Positions 24,361 to 37,960 of a stretch of 64,000 nt of DNA are shown one piece after another. The DNA lies in contig NMRA01000111.1 in NCBI GenBank assembly GCA_002633005.1, positions 87,855 to 151,854 of the forward strand, in the 5' to 3' direction. Within the stretch, counting starts at the first letter, position 1. Each line of letters begins with the position of its first letter. The DNA comes from Phoronis australis (lineage: Eukaryota > Animalia > Phoronida). Under the pieces are notes generated by a model. The model had not been told where the DNA came from. It searched no databases and was given only the letters and a program-made list of their open reading frames with translations. The position numbers and the translations under genes are program-made.

Positions 24361-27300
24361 ATGACAAGTGAAGCTGAGGCTGCAGAAGGTGCACCTGAGG
24401 CATTCCTAAGCACCCTGGATATCTTTATATTGGGAGCTCTCATTGGCTTCATTTTTTACTGGTTGTTCATCAGAAACAAAAAGCAGGAACCAGTTGCCAT
24501 TAAGAAACTCACAGTAGTCAAGTAAGTGAAACATGGTAGTCTGATGCAAAAGTGGACAGTTTTGATAGGAGCTTGCGTGAACATGTACAATTTTTCAACT
24601 CTTCTGCTTTGAGAGCTTTTTAGAAATGTACAATTCATTTCTTTTGTCATAATGCGTCAGTAAATAGAATTTCCAAAATAGTTTCAAAATTAAGCCGTTA
24701 ATTTTAAAATTTATTCATTGAGAAAACAATTGAACTAATGTTAGCAAGAAGTGTTTAACAAAACTTCAAAAAATATATATCAAGTCTTGGCCATCCATCT
24801 AAATCATTAATCCTAACATTATACTTTCATGAAACTATTCCGATTACTATGCACACACACGAAATGCACATTGAATTCATTAAAAAATTAATATTCTTTA
24901 GCATGTTGATTTTTGTTTTGGTATTTTAATATGATGCAATTCGCAAATGCATTTTAGAAAAAAATATGCATCTTCTATTAATAATATCTTGGAATTTGCA
25001 TTCTTTTCTATTTTGACTTTGAATGAAAAGTCACATACACAATACTCAGTTGCATTTAGATTGTGTTGAAATTGATACATCAGCATGCCTGTGATAGCTC
25101 CACTTGAAAAATATTCACTTTCAGCATAATACTGCTAGACGGTAAATTAATTAACAAAGTAGTTGTTTAGTTCAGTGGCAGGTCGAGATTCGTTTTAGGC
25201 AATTTTTCTTATATTTCAAGATTTTTTTTGATTTATTCAAGAATGTTTAATTACAAACCTGCTCATTTTGAGTTTTCATTCTGTAAATTGTCCTATACAG
25301 CTTATTAGTACCTACTGCAGCCAGAGTCTTGGATTTTTATCATTTTTTGTAACTTAATATGGCGCAACAATGAAATCTTATCTCATTAAATAAATAGTTT
25401 TAGTGTTTCTTGGGTATGTGGTCTGTCATGTGACTGTACATATTTCTGTAATGCCAGTTCTTGATTTAGACTCCAGTACTTAGTAATGACTTGCATTCTA
25501 ATTATTTTATTGTTTGTTGCCTTTCTTAGACCTCCAGTTGCCACTTCAGGATTTGATTCAAGTTTTATAAACAAAATGAAACACTCTGTAAGTATCACCT
25601 AGCTTATCAGTGCATTAGAAACTTATGAAAATGTATGGTTCACTATGTACTTTGTGGTCTAGAGTGATGTTGTATAATTCATTTCTGTCAGAGTTCCGAG
25701 GCACTGTCTTGTGTTGCTTTACCGTTAGCCAAACTCCGGTCTATCGAAACTCCATCTCTGCTCCCTTTAACTTTTCCACTCACTCGTCTCTGCTAGCAAC
25801 ACTGGAGTTACCACTGGTTCTCTGGATTTAACAAAAGATGGTGAAGTTGATGTGCTCTCTACATTAAAGTTAATGTTTTGCATATTACTACCTCCTGTGA
25901 TTACTACCTTAGGAGGGAAGTTTATCTTTCCCGTTGCAGGGTAGTTGTGTAATTCTGCATTTGAATCCACCTATTTTGGGAGGTGTTTTGATGGCTGCAT
26001 CAGGGAGTTATGCTTTCTTACTAACCAGAACGCGTCAAAACAAGAGTTGCATCATTAAGGGGAAAGCGACATTAGTCCTTGAAATTTCTGCATTCTGGTG
26101 ATATGTGATTGTTTTGGTCATATAATTTCCTGAAACTTGATTGGGCAAGGTCATTTTTACTAATTACTGCTCGTGAGAAAAGAATAACTTTGTAAAAAAA
26201 GTTGTTGTGTTTCCTGAGAAAGAAGCGTATTCCTAAGAAAATAATTGTGGTGCATGAGAAAGGAATTGTGGTTCTTGAGGAAAGAACGGGAAAAGGATAC
26301 TGTTGGTGAGAATGTTTGTGTGGCTCGTGATTGAGGAAGACTTGTCACTCGTGATGCGTAACACCATTTCTAAAATCTATTAATCTGTTTACACCAACCT
26401 CCAGCCTGTTGGTACGTTTTGGTTAGTGACTTCTCTGCTCATATTCAGGTGTTACAGTCTTCTTAGAACAAGCATGTATGTATGGTACACTCGTGGTGGT
26501 CGATGATGAGCTCTTTTTACTTTTCAATTGAGTTAGTCAGAGACCTTTGTTTATTTATTATTTATTTATCAATGTAATATTTACAATGAGGGTTGCCCCA
26601 TCAGTTCACACTGCTTTCCATGAGGGTCCTCAGAGACCTTTAGACTGTCATTTCAGTACTCTCACCAATATACTACCAAGTCATCCATTGCTTTTAATCA
26701 AAGGTGCTGTCAACTTACGTCCTGTTAAAAAGCTATTAACAAAGCCCCTTACCATTCTAAAACTGCTCTAACAAAGCCCCTTACCATTCTAAAACTGCTC
26801 TAACAAAGCCCCTTACCATTCTAAAACTGCTCTAATAAAGCCCCTTGCCATTCTAAAACTGCTCTAACAAAGCCCCTTACCATTCTAAAACTGCTCTAAC
26901 AAAGCCCCTTACCATTCTAAAACTGCTCTCAACATTAACCTTACTCAGATTAGCAATTCTCAAATTTTCTGACTGAGGGTTGAATCTACATTATTGTGTA
27001 AAAGCAAATTTATTCCTATTTAACTTTTGTTTAACTTTTTTAGTAAGACATTACTTTCCTTATTTCATACGAGCAAGTATTTAGTTTTGAGTGTCTGTAT
27101 GAATTGGAATGTTTTGATGTTTTTAGGGAAGGAACGTTGTGATATTCTATGGTTCACAAACAGGAACTGCGGAAGAGTTTGCAGGTCGCCTCAGCAAAGA
27201 CTGTGTTAGGTACGGGATGAAAGGAATGATAGCTGATCCAGAAGAATGCGAAATGGTTAGTGCTAGTAGACTGTGAAATTGTGTGGTAGTTTTTATTCCA

Positions 27301-30300
27301 AGCCAAGTTTTAATTATTTAAAAGCGTTGCTGGAGATTAGTGGGTCTGCTGTGTCAAAGGACAGACTCCAGGATACAGCTGAATTGTAGGCATGAGATTA
27401 TGAACATGATGCTATGTTATGTGTAAATTACAACACTACACTCCAAAAAAGTTGTAATTTTCTCAAACACTTGTGCTATGAACCCACCGTCTGTTTAAAG
27501 AAGCAATTGGATTTACACCACTTGCAATTAAAAATTGGTCTCAATTAGTTCTCTTAAATAGTAAGTGATTTCTGGACTTTGGAACAACAGACACTTGGTT
27601 GTAGCTTGAGATCATGATCAGTACATAAAGTGACTGGCCAGGTGTGCTTTAGATCATCATCAGTGCACAAATTGATCTGCCAGATCAAGCTAACTTGTTG
27701 ATGCTGGTCTCAAGCAATAACAAGTTACCCCTTCTTCCCAACTTTTTGAATTCACTTTGAATCTATTAGGAACTATTGTAAGGCCAATTTTATTTCAGGT
27801 GGTCCAAAACTTATTTAGTATTTGCAAGTTGCTCACACCTTTAATGATGATTATAATAAAGAGTGAGCTGTGCAAAAGCCTTGGCTATGGATACGCTTGC
27901 AACTTTTGATAATACAGTCCAGATATTGTTCCTTGACCTATTGTAACTCTCTGCTCGTGGGCTAGAGGCCTTCGAGTTCTTTTCTTGGAAGTGACAAAAA
28001 TTGTCATATTCTCCCACTTCATAGTTGCTGAATAAAGATTTAGTCAAATAATATGAGCCCATCACAGTCCACAAATAGTCAAATGGAAATTATCTCAGTA
28101 ACTAACAGTTATGTGCATGTTCTCAGAGACAGTGTCCTTTTCTCAAGTGAGATTTAACTGTTTTTCAGAAATGTTTTTGTGGAGCCAAAGACCAAATTTT
28201 TGTCTTAAGTCCAAATTCACTTTTCATGAAACAAACCTCAGATATTAGACCTACACCTGTTGTGACTCACTGCTGGTTGGCTGGAGGACTTTGTATTTTT
28301 TCGTTACTGAGTCTTGTGAGCTGATAAGTCATGATTTCTTATCAGTTATCATTGCAAAAGGCAGCTTTAATACTATGCAATAACACTCTGGTCTCCTTAA
28401 TGTTTACTCATTCTTATAAGCAATGTGAATGAAGAAGCATATTTGTGAAAACAACCCTGTGAACTAAGCTTTAGGTGAATGCTGTTGATTTCCTTAATTT
28501 TGTTCGTAGTTAGAACCTTCTAATAAAACACATGCACAGCACTAGCAATATTTCCAAAATTGCCTTCATTTGTTCATCACTGTCTCTTTCTGTATTTATA
28601 ATTAGATGACATAGAGTTCTTACAGATGTGACAACCAAGCACATGGTCATTTGTTTCGCCCCTAGTGACATCTGTGTTCAGATCATCCAACAGAGTCTTA
28701 CGTCCATCCATGCAGCATAGCACAATGATGGGTCTCACAGTTTATCATTGTCTCCTATATAGGAGGAACTGTCTCAGCTGTCCGAGATCGAGAATTCCCT
28801 GGCTATATTTTGCATGGCCACCTATGGTGAAGGTGATCCTACGGACAACTCCCAGGAGTTCTATGAGTGGCTACAGGCGGGTGATGGTGAACTTGAAGGT
28901 GTCAAATATGCCGTAAGACTATTGAATTATTTAGAGCAATAAATACATTTATGCATTTTGGGTTTTAGTAACGTGTGTTATTCAATTTATTGTTGATCAG
29001 TGTTTAGATTTGAACACATTTTCCAGATGATGCCGATTTTATATTATGGCGGACACAAATTCTCTGTACACATGAACCAGTCTGCTTCCACTTCTTGTAA
29101 CCGAAAATAAGCTCTTATTTGCCAACTGGATTTGATTTTTTATCATGTCTCCACATGAATGTCACACCAATTCCAGACCTCAGAAACATGATTTTCCCAA
29201 ACAAATTTGAATTGTGCACTAATTCATTTATTCATTTGGATTACTTAACTGACTTTTATGAATATGTAATTCTTAAACCGGTGTGGAAATGTAGATCACA
29301 AACAGACCATACTTAAAGATGTTTGCGATTTAATTGACTTTGTTCTTTTACTGAAATTGTTACACAACCGTGAAACTTGTGTTTAGCTTGTTGTTAATAG
29401 CCCATCAAAGAAAAAAGTTTTATTTTATTTTCTTGGAACTTAAACTTGTGTAAAATAAATAAAACAAATGATGAACCATATTTAAATAATTTTTGATTGT
29501 GTTGTTAACAATGTTAAATTGCCTATTTCATGTTCATAATGACTGTAAGTCCCATTTGCAGTGTGATGATTGGTTCTGTAGTGTTGGTTATCTGGATTTA
29601 TCTCCTCTGTAGGTGTTTTCCCTTGGTAATAAAACATATGAACACTACAATGCGATGGGCCGGTATGTGGACAAGAGACTGGAAGAGTTGGGAGCTACTA
29701 GAGTCTGTGAAGCCGGGGAGGGAGATGACGATGCAAAGTAAGTCAACTATAATGCAAAGTAGGTCAATGTTAATGCAAAGTAGGTTAATGAGGATTCAAA
29801 GTAGATCATTGCTGACGTGAAGTAGGTCAAGTGTGGTGGAAAATAGGGTCAACAATTATGTAAAGTAGGTCAACACTGATGCAATGTAGGTTGAGGATGG
29901 AGAAAAGTTGGTTAGTGGCTGAGATGTAGGAGATTGAGGATGACTTCAGGTTGTCATCTAAATAGGTAAGTGGGGCTGCCAACTGTTACAAAGTGTATAC
30001 TTTTAGGGTACACAAAATCGCTATGCTCAAAGTTTAAACTGTTAAAGGTTTTTAAAGTTCGTGTGTGGAGGATTGAGTACAGGTTATAAATACAACCAGG
30101 CATTGGTTAATGAAGTATTGTGAAGTCCAATCTCTATTTCCAGTATTGAAGAAGATTTCTTGAGCTGGAGGGAAAAGTTTTGGCCAACTGTCTGTGAATT
30201 CTATGGTGTGCAACCCATTGGAGATGAAGTCAGGTACCGTTAGATGTCTGGCTTGGAGATTTAAGGTTCCAAAAATGTACCTGGATGATTAGTTCTTCAA

Positions 30301-33300
30301 TTTTCAACTGGTTTACACTGGTTATGACTGTTCATAGATTGGAAGGTAGTCCTCTCTTCAAATATCTAATGTGATAATCATTAAGTCATTCAAACAAATC
30401 TTTCAGACCAGCATATTCTTCCAACTTGCCTTTACGTGCAGTTTTCAGTCCAAACATAGTTTTAACACAATCTCTATGTTTTGAAACCAATAAAAGTTGA
30501 CAAAAGAGGGTTAAACTGTTAGCTTTAAATCTATGATACAAAATGGAGAAGTCGAAAGACGGTTGAGAAGTGTGAGAGTTAAATTTTGATTTCCTTTGTG
30601 TTTACAGCATGAGGCAATACAACCTCACTGTCCACGATGAGATTGAAAAAAGTCGAGTATTCACAGGTGAACCAGCAAGACTTGGCTCATACAAGTTACA
30701 GAAACCGTACGTATCTGTTGTTCCTGCGCTCTGCTTACGTACTAATGTTAGATCGTCTGCTCCTAAGTTTTGGTTGATATGATTGCATGACCAATGGAAG
30801 TGCTGATCTGTTGGATGGTAAAATCGTTAGAGTATACTGACGCATTCAACTTTATAATTAAACTTTTCTCCCCCTCCTTTATATTGCTCTTAAGCACATT
30901 TCCAACATTTGATGACATAACTGTAACAGAGCAGTCTCCAGTGAACAAAAAATATGTGTTTCACCTTCAGTTCAGTTACACAATGATAACGCTCAATTCC
31001 ATATAGGCAAAGGAAGGAAACACGATAACGCTCAATTCCATATAGGCAAAGGAAGGAAACACGATAACGCTCAATTCCATATAGGCAAAGGAAGGAAACA
31101 CGATAACGCTCAATTCCATATAGGCAAAGGAAGGAAACACGATAACGCTCAATTCCATGTAGGCAAAGGAAGGAAACACGATAACGCTCAATTCCATATA
31201 GGCAAAGGAAGGAAACACACCTTCTCCGAAGCCTGTCGCTAGCGAAGTGTCCGACACACAGTCGCGCCCGCATGCCCACGTAACATAGATGCACTGAGAC
31301 GCAACAAAGACATTAGCATAAGGATAAATGAACAACAACAACTAAATAAGCATAACAATAAACGTACAGTTAATAATGTCTCATCACATAACTTCCAACA
31401 TTCATGCCTAAACTTGTATTGTTTTTGATATGGGCGTAGAATATGTCTTCAGTTTACATGTTTTCAAAACTGTTGTTTATGATTGTAGGCCTTATGATGC
31501 TAAGAATCCTTTCATGGCTCCAGTGTTGATCAACAAAGAACTCCATAAGGATGGTGACAGGTCATGTATGCACATTGAACTGGACATCTCAGGGTCAAAG
31601 ATCAGGTGAGAGGTCATCACCCAACTAGAGGCTTACCATACCTGTGTGGTTAATTGGATAATAGGCACATACAATGAAAATGAAATGGAAATATTCAAAC
31701 TGCAAATACATAATATTACTGATGATTAAATAAGAACATGCTTTTTACCAGAGCGACACCAAAAATTGGTTGGTCTATGCAACAATAAATATATCATGCA
31801 AGGAATGAATGGTACCTAGTATAAAATTACTATATATTGTTATTGTTATTACAATAGAAAATAATGTAATATAAGACGGTGTAATGTGAGTGAGGCAAAT
31901 ACACGGAGGTGAGACTGACATGGGCAAGGTGAAGTGACATGAAAGATGATCAATGAAGGAGGAAATAATGAAGTTAAAAGTTATGCTAATTTAGCCTATA
32001 GAATTGAACTAGAAAATTCTTTAGCTTGATACGGTCACTTTGAACATTCAGGTGGAATACATAGAGAACCTGTAAGATGTAAACTTTTGGAAGGGCTGGT
32101 CAGTCGTGATATTTTCAAGTGACTTGCTCGATACCTTAGTTACCATGCTGCGTGGGCCCACGTTTTTGTATCTTAAAACTAGTTCACAGTATTAATTCCT
32201 TCCGTTACCATAGACTTATCAAGTAATCGAGTATCTGTTCAATTTGTTAGTTTATCCGACTACAATTTTTTTGTCCACTTGTCGTTTAAGTACAACAGAA
32301 TCTCCCTCTCAGTAGAGTTTAGTTCTGCAATAGTTCTGTACCAAAAGGAGGGAACAAATGCTGTGTAATCACGGTCTATAGGTTAGACCTGTGCCCACGG
32401 TAGAGGGCTTTGAAAATCTGTTCTTCTACTTGAACGGTATCTTCCATCTGATTTTTAAGGTCATGTAGGCCCCTAGAAAAATGTCAAAATACTACGCTGT
32501 GTGCACTGTTCTCAAAAACTCTGCTTGGAATCGTTTTAAAATGTTCCTCTTTTGCATGAAGGTCTACCATTGGACTGATCACCTGGAACCATTTTGTGCT
32601 TCATTAATATATAGTTAAAACCGAGCTGAGGAGCTAGAGACCTGACTCAAGGGTCTGGCAGTGTGTCTTAGTGGGACACTAATCCACGACCTTGTGTAAA
32701 GGGAGCAGCCACCAGTCTCACTCAGCCATACTGCCTCCTCTTGATCTCTAAATATGGTCCTACATAACTTAAATGTCAATGTTTCAGATATGATGCTGGT
32801 GACCACGTGGCAGTATACCCCATCAATGATGCCGTGTTAGTTGACTATATAGGTCAACGGTTAAAGATCGACTTGGATCAGGTGGTTACCCTGACAAACA
32901 TAGATGGTAAGACAGACATTTTACTTTTTAGTTGACAAAACATATGCCTGCATACACATCACATTGGGGATTGATGTGTCTCAAGTGCCCTGAGCTGTCT
33001 CATCAAGCAAACTGACGTGTCCCATTCAAAATGACATAATAAGCCGTATATAACATTTGTAGTTTTTTACCCGTCGCATAATTGGTTTGATCAACTATTA
33101 CTGATTATGGCTTAAAGATTACAGTTCTTCGTCATAGCTGTAAAAATTGTAACATAACCATGAGTGTACTTATTGGTTTAAGTACTTCGGTCAGCATGAA
33201 GATCGCTGCGTTCATTCTCCTTTACAGAGGAGGCCAGTAAGAAGCACCCATTCCCGTGTCCATCTACTTACCGTACCATCCTGTCGCACTACATTGACAT

Positions 33301-36300
33301 CACCCACCCACCGAGGACTCATGTGTTGAAAGAGCTGGCTGAGTATTGTAGTGAAGAGAATGACAAACAGTTTCTTCAGAGTATGGCTGCTGCTACAACT
33401 GAGGCTAAGGTGAGGCAGACGCTCAAACTTATTTACTTAGGCCAAACAAAGCTCCATAATTGTTTCTGGTCTGTGTATGTTTAAAAATTGAATTTTTTCT
33501 AGTGTTCATGTTTTAAAAGTGATAAAGTTACCGGATACCAGATGAAATTGGTGGGGTCCTTCTTTTTTCACACTGTGAGTTGCAGATTTCTAAATTAAGT
33601 GGGTGCAAATCAGAACCAGTTCCGCTGTTTTTGTTCTTAGTTATAGCAGTTAAATGCTTAAGTGTTATATCTTTGACCAAACACTAGATGGAGTTATTAG
33701 AGCTTAGTGAATTTTTTAATATTCTTAAGGTTATGTAGGAACTTTATTGACTTGTCAGTATATTTAACCAATTATGTACAAAAAATAGATTTTAACTCTA
33801 AAGCTGCTATATATTTTCTTAAACTAGAAAGCCTATATAATTCCACTGTTGTGTTTGTACCAATCTGCTTTTAATTGGGCCACGTGACCATGTCTTTTTA
33901 GTAAAATTTACAAAAAGAAATGTAAATTCGTAGCAAAACAATGGTATCAGTAACATGTCCAAATTTCGTTAAATATAAATGTTCAAAAGTAAATCTCAAA
34001 AACACTTAAAGTTTTCTAAATAATCATTTTTATGTGCCTGCATAATTATATGTGGACGCATTATGCCATCATCCCCGTCCATCCGGCGTCCGTCTGGCAT
34101 CGGTTCAACGTCTGCTGCTCTATCTCCAAAACCCCTTGACGTGTGTTCATGAAATTTTCCACACAGGTTAACTCCATGGATGGGTCGATGTGAGCGAACG
34201 TTCGGATGGATACGACTCAGGGCTTGGAATTTTCCGCGGAAACGCGGATTTCCGCTTTTTTCAAATGTTCTTTCCGCGCATTTTATTATATTTCCGCGTA
34301 AAAAATATCAGATTTGATATAAAATTTCTGCAGCAAATTCCTTTCTTACCGCGGCGTTGCCGACGACGTTCACCTCGAAAAGTGGAAGTTGCTCTTTATG
34401 TTTTGGAGGAACGTAAATTGTCAACATTGCCGGGGCATCTGGGATAGCGTGGTGGGATTTTCAATGGCGTCCCGTGTGATTGTAAACCGCGGTGACAAAT
34501 ACTACGGCTCTGCAGCCAAAAATGTGTGGGGGTCGGAGTGGATGGACGAGGGTAGCGCGCTTGTTTTGGGCCGTAAAAGTTTCCGCGTTTTTTGTCATTG
34601 GTCATTCCAAGCCCTGACGACTACCGGTGTGTCCCTTTCTATTTTTTACGTTTACCTCTTTATCTCGGATTTTCATGAAACTTGGCATGTAGGCTTCTAT
34701 TAGTGGGATGACGCTATCCTCCTGTTTTCAGATGGATTCGAGGTATTTTGCGCCACCTAGTGGCCATTTTTACTGTTTTCGAGTCTGTTTTTTGGCATCC
34801 TCCCCTCTATCAACCAAACCGCTCTAAGGATGATTGTGCAATTGGCATGTATGTTCTTAATATGAAGAGGACTGCTGACGATTTTCCGAAGACTTCGACT
34901 ACTGTGGTGCCTCCTAGTGGCAGTTTTGTTTTTTTGTACGCATGGCTGTATCTCTTAAATCTTCTGCAGTGTATTTACTAAATTTAGAAAGTGTAATATA
35001 TGAAATTAACAACGGACGACGACGACGACTTTTGGATGAATCCGACTATCGGTGTGCCACCTAGTGGCGATTACCTCTGTATGTTCAAAGGTCCTATATG
35101 GATTTTCGTAAAATTTGGAATATAGGCATCTATTGGTGAGATGATGCTATCCTCTCGTTTTTGGATGTATTTGAGGTATTTTGCACCACCTAGTGGGCAT
35201 TTTTGCTGTTTTTGAGTCTATTTTTGCGTCCACCCCTCTATCAACCAAACCACTCTAAGAATGATTTTGAAAATTGGTGTATATGTTCTCAGTGTGAAGA
35301 ATACTGTTGACGATGATGACTTCCACTACTGTCGCGCCTCCTAGTGGCAGTTTTGTTTTTTTTTGCGCTCATAGCTGTATCTCCTAAACCCATTGCAGGA
35401 TCTTTATTAAAATTAGTAAGTGTACTTATATGAAGTTAACAGCAGATGCTGACGACTTTCAGACATATCTGACGAACGTTGCGCCCCCGTTTTCCTTTTG
35501 TTTCCTTGAAGTTCCTTGATTTTTATGAATAGCTTTCTGTTAAAGAAGTGGTAGCTTGTTCCGATTTTCGGATGAATTTGACGTATTTTGTGCCATCTAG
35601 TGGCCATTTTTATGATACAAATAAACAACCCTAGAAGCACATTGTTTGCGGTTCGTGGGTGCATTTCAATGCTCCGCGTTGCTGTTGTGTTTTAGCTTTA
35701 CACAACTTTTGAGTGTTTTCATAGAAGTCCTATTTTTGATAGCCCCTCATGCAAAAGTGGAAACTTTTAAAACAATTCCTAAACAATTCATAACAGCATT
35801 TTGGAGAACTGTGGACAGTGCATGGTATCTTGAAAGTTTCATTGAATCTGATCAGCCCTTTCTGACATACGATGTTCCAAAGTTTGCCAAATTTTGCAGT
35901 TATTCAAGCATCCTACATAACCTTGAAATAAGATTAAAGTCAACTAAACGAAACTAAACTTACTGCGCCATTGATTAGAATTATTACTACAATAGCTTAT
36001 CTTAACAACTTTTATCTTTGTAGCACTTGTACAGTGAGTGGGTGGTGAAAGACCATCGTAATATCACAGCCGTCTTAGAGGACATTAAGTCATTAAACCC
36101 ACCGTTGGACCATGTCATTGAGCTTTTACCCAAGTTACAACCCCGATATTACTCTATATCCTCCTCTCCAAAGGTAATGCAGAATTTGAGCTCATTTTCT
36201 TCAGTCAGTGTTGAATTATTGCAGAAATTAGTGTCTGGAATGATACTGTAAAGGTTTTCTTATCTGGGCAGTTGCCTGTTGTTGTCTTCATTATGTTCCA

Positions 36301-37960
36301 AAAGAGTTTCAAGTATTGGATTGTTGAATTGTGCTTATTTTGCTCTCCCGCAATGTATTGGCTAGATTCAACTGGTGACCAGTTTCATTTTAAAATGAGT
36401 AGTTCTTGAAAGTGACTAATTTTGAATCTGAGAAGTGTAATAATAGATTTTTAGTTCTCTTGATATACACTGTATTCACTGCGATTCTTTAAAATTTCCC
36501 CAGATGTATCCAAACAGTATCCACATCACTGCCGTGTTAGTCGACTGGGTAACGCGCGCTGGTCGACCAGCAAAAGGGGTCGCTACCACTTGGCTTAAGT
36601 CTAAGATTCCCACCAACGGACTCAAACCAACAGTGCCTGTGTTTGTCAGAAAATCCACTTTCCGTCTTCCTTTCAAACCAACTACTCCCGTCATCATGAT
36701 TGGGCCGGGAACTGGAGTGGCCCCGTTCAGGGGATTTGTCCAACAGAGGGCATTCGATGCTGAGGCTGGTATGATATTTGTTTGTTAAGCAGTAAAAGGA
36801 GAATGTAAGTTTCAGATTTGCCTCTAAAGTAGATAGTGTCCCATGTCTGTAATTGTTGTGATCTTGTCATGTGGACTGAATGATTGAAGCTATTTTAATT
36901 AATATTTGATGCAAAGGATTTTCTTTTTGCTTTGTTTGCCTTCATTCTGAAAGGTTTTTTTTATTTATTTGCAATAATTCTAAAATGAACATAAAATTAT
37001 GATTTTAAATTTGTAGTGTCGTGAAAATGCAGACACAAAATTTATGTGAATGTTATAAATGAACAAGGTTTATCTTAAGTCGTGATAGTTCTGTAATATC
37101 GTTAGTTCCAGTCTTCTTCTCCTATGCAGGCAAACCAGTTGGTGATACTATTCTGTACTTTGGCTGTCGCAAAGCTAAAGAAGACTTCATTTATGAGGAT
37201 GAACTTCGGAAATATGAGAGCGACAAAGTGTTAATCCTGCACACAGCATTCTCTCGTGACCAGGCTCACAAGGTCTATGTACAACATTTACTGGAACAGA
37301 ACAAAGATGAAGTGTGGAAGGTCTTGGATAACAATGGCCACTTGTACATCTGTGGGTGAGTGTGAAGTTGGGGAGATATTGGGTTCATACATATCTGGGA
37401 GTAAGGATTAGAGGTGTTGGATAACAATGGGTTCTTGTTTATCTGCAGGTGATTGTGAAGGTAGGGAGATATTGGATTCTTATATATCTGGGACTAAGTC
37501 TTGGAGATCTTGGATAGCAATGGGCACTTGTTTATCTGCAGGTGATTGTGAAGGTGGAAGATATTGGGTTCTTATATATCTGGGAGTAAGGATTGGAGGT
37601 CTCGTATAACAACAGGCACTTGTTTATCTGTGGGTGAGTGTGAAGGTGGGAGATATTAGTGGACTTCAGTATATCTGTGAATGACTGGAAGATCAAAACT
37701 TTAAATCGACTGATAGCAAATACACAGAATGATTTTGGATTGACAGCTTTGCACTTTATTCATTCAATGACACACAGTGTAAACATTGGTAGAAAGCTTT
37801 GCTTTTGCATTACAGTGATGCCCGTAATATGGCACGAGATGTCCACAAGACAGTTGTATCTATTCTGGAAGAGTGTGGAAAAATGACTGAGGAACAGGCG
37901 GAAAACTATGTGAAGAAGCTTCAGGCCAAGGGGAGGTACTCAACAGATGTATGGAGTTAA
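24361..37960 (+). CDS. POR: NADPH-cytochrome P450 reductase, complete, 14 coding exons
   Basis: Exons: 24361-24521 (N-terminal TM anchor), 25530-25587, 27127-27255 (FYGSQTGTAEEFA), 28763-28912 (MATYGEGDPTDN), 29613-29737 (LGNKTYEHYN), 30144-30233, 30608-30706, 31489-31605, 32788-32906, 33228-33409, 36024-36173 (RYYSISS), 36504-36768 (GPGTGVAPFRGF), 37130-37355 (YFGCR, AFSR, KVYVQH), 37816-37960 (ends DVWS*). All junctions are GT-AG and phase-compatible. Confidence 0.98.
26738..26929. repeat. 32-bp minisatellite
   Basis: AACAAAGCCCCTTACCATTCTAAAACTGCTCT x6. Confidence 0.92.
30984..31218. repeat. 39-bp minisatellite
   Basis: CGATAACGCTCAATTCCATATAGGCAAAGGAAGGAAACA x6, nearly perfect. Confidence 0.93.
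34027..35693 (+). mobile_element. HINE copy 2 (POR intron), interrupted by a hAT-like MITE
   Basis: Same termini, microsatellite and internal array as 17132-18219, in the opposite orientation. Confidence 0.8.
34218..34616. mobile_element. hAT-like MITE with 6-bp TSD
   Basis: TIR CAGGGCTTGGAAT...ATTCCAAGCCCTG; TSD ACGACT. Confidence 0.88.
37316..37658. repeat. 93-bp tandem repeat spanning the POR exon 13 end and donor
   Basis: About 4 units, each copying ...GGATAACAATGG...ATCTGTGG|GTGAGTGTGAAG. Confidence 0.85.

Noticed and set aside
30890-31341. Repetitive ORFs (YGIERYRVSFLCL / VFPSFAYMELSVI)
   Set aside because: These arise from a 39-bp intronic minisatellite whose unit is a multiple of 3; there is no other evidence of coding.
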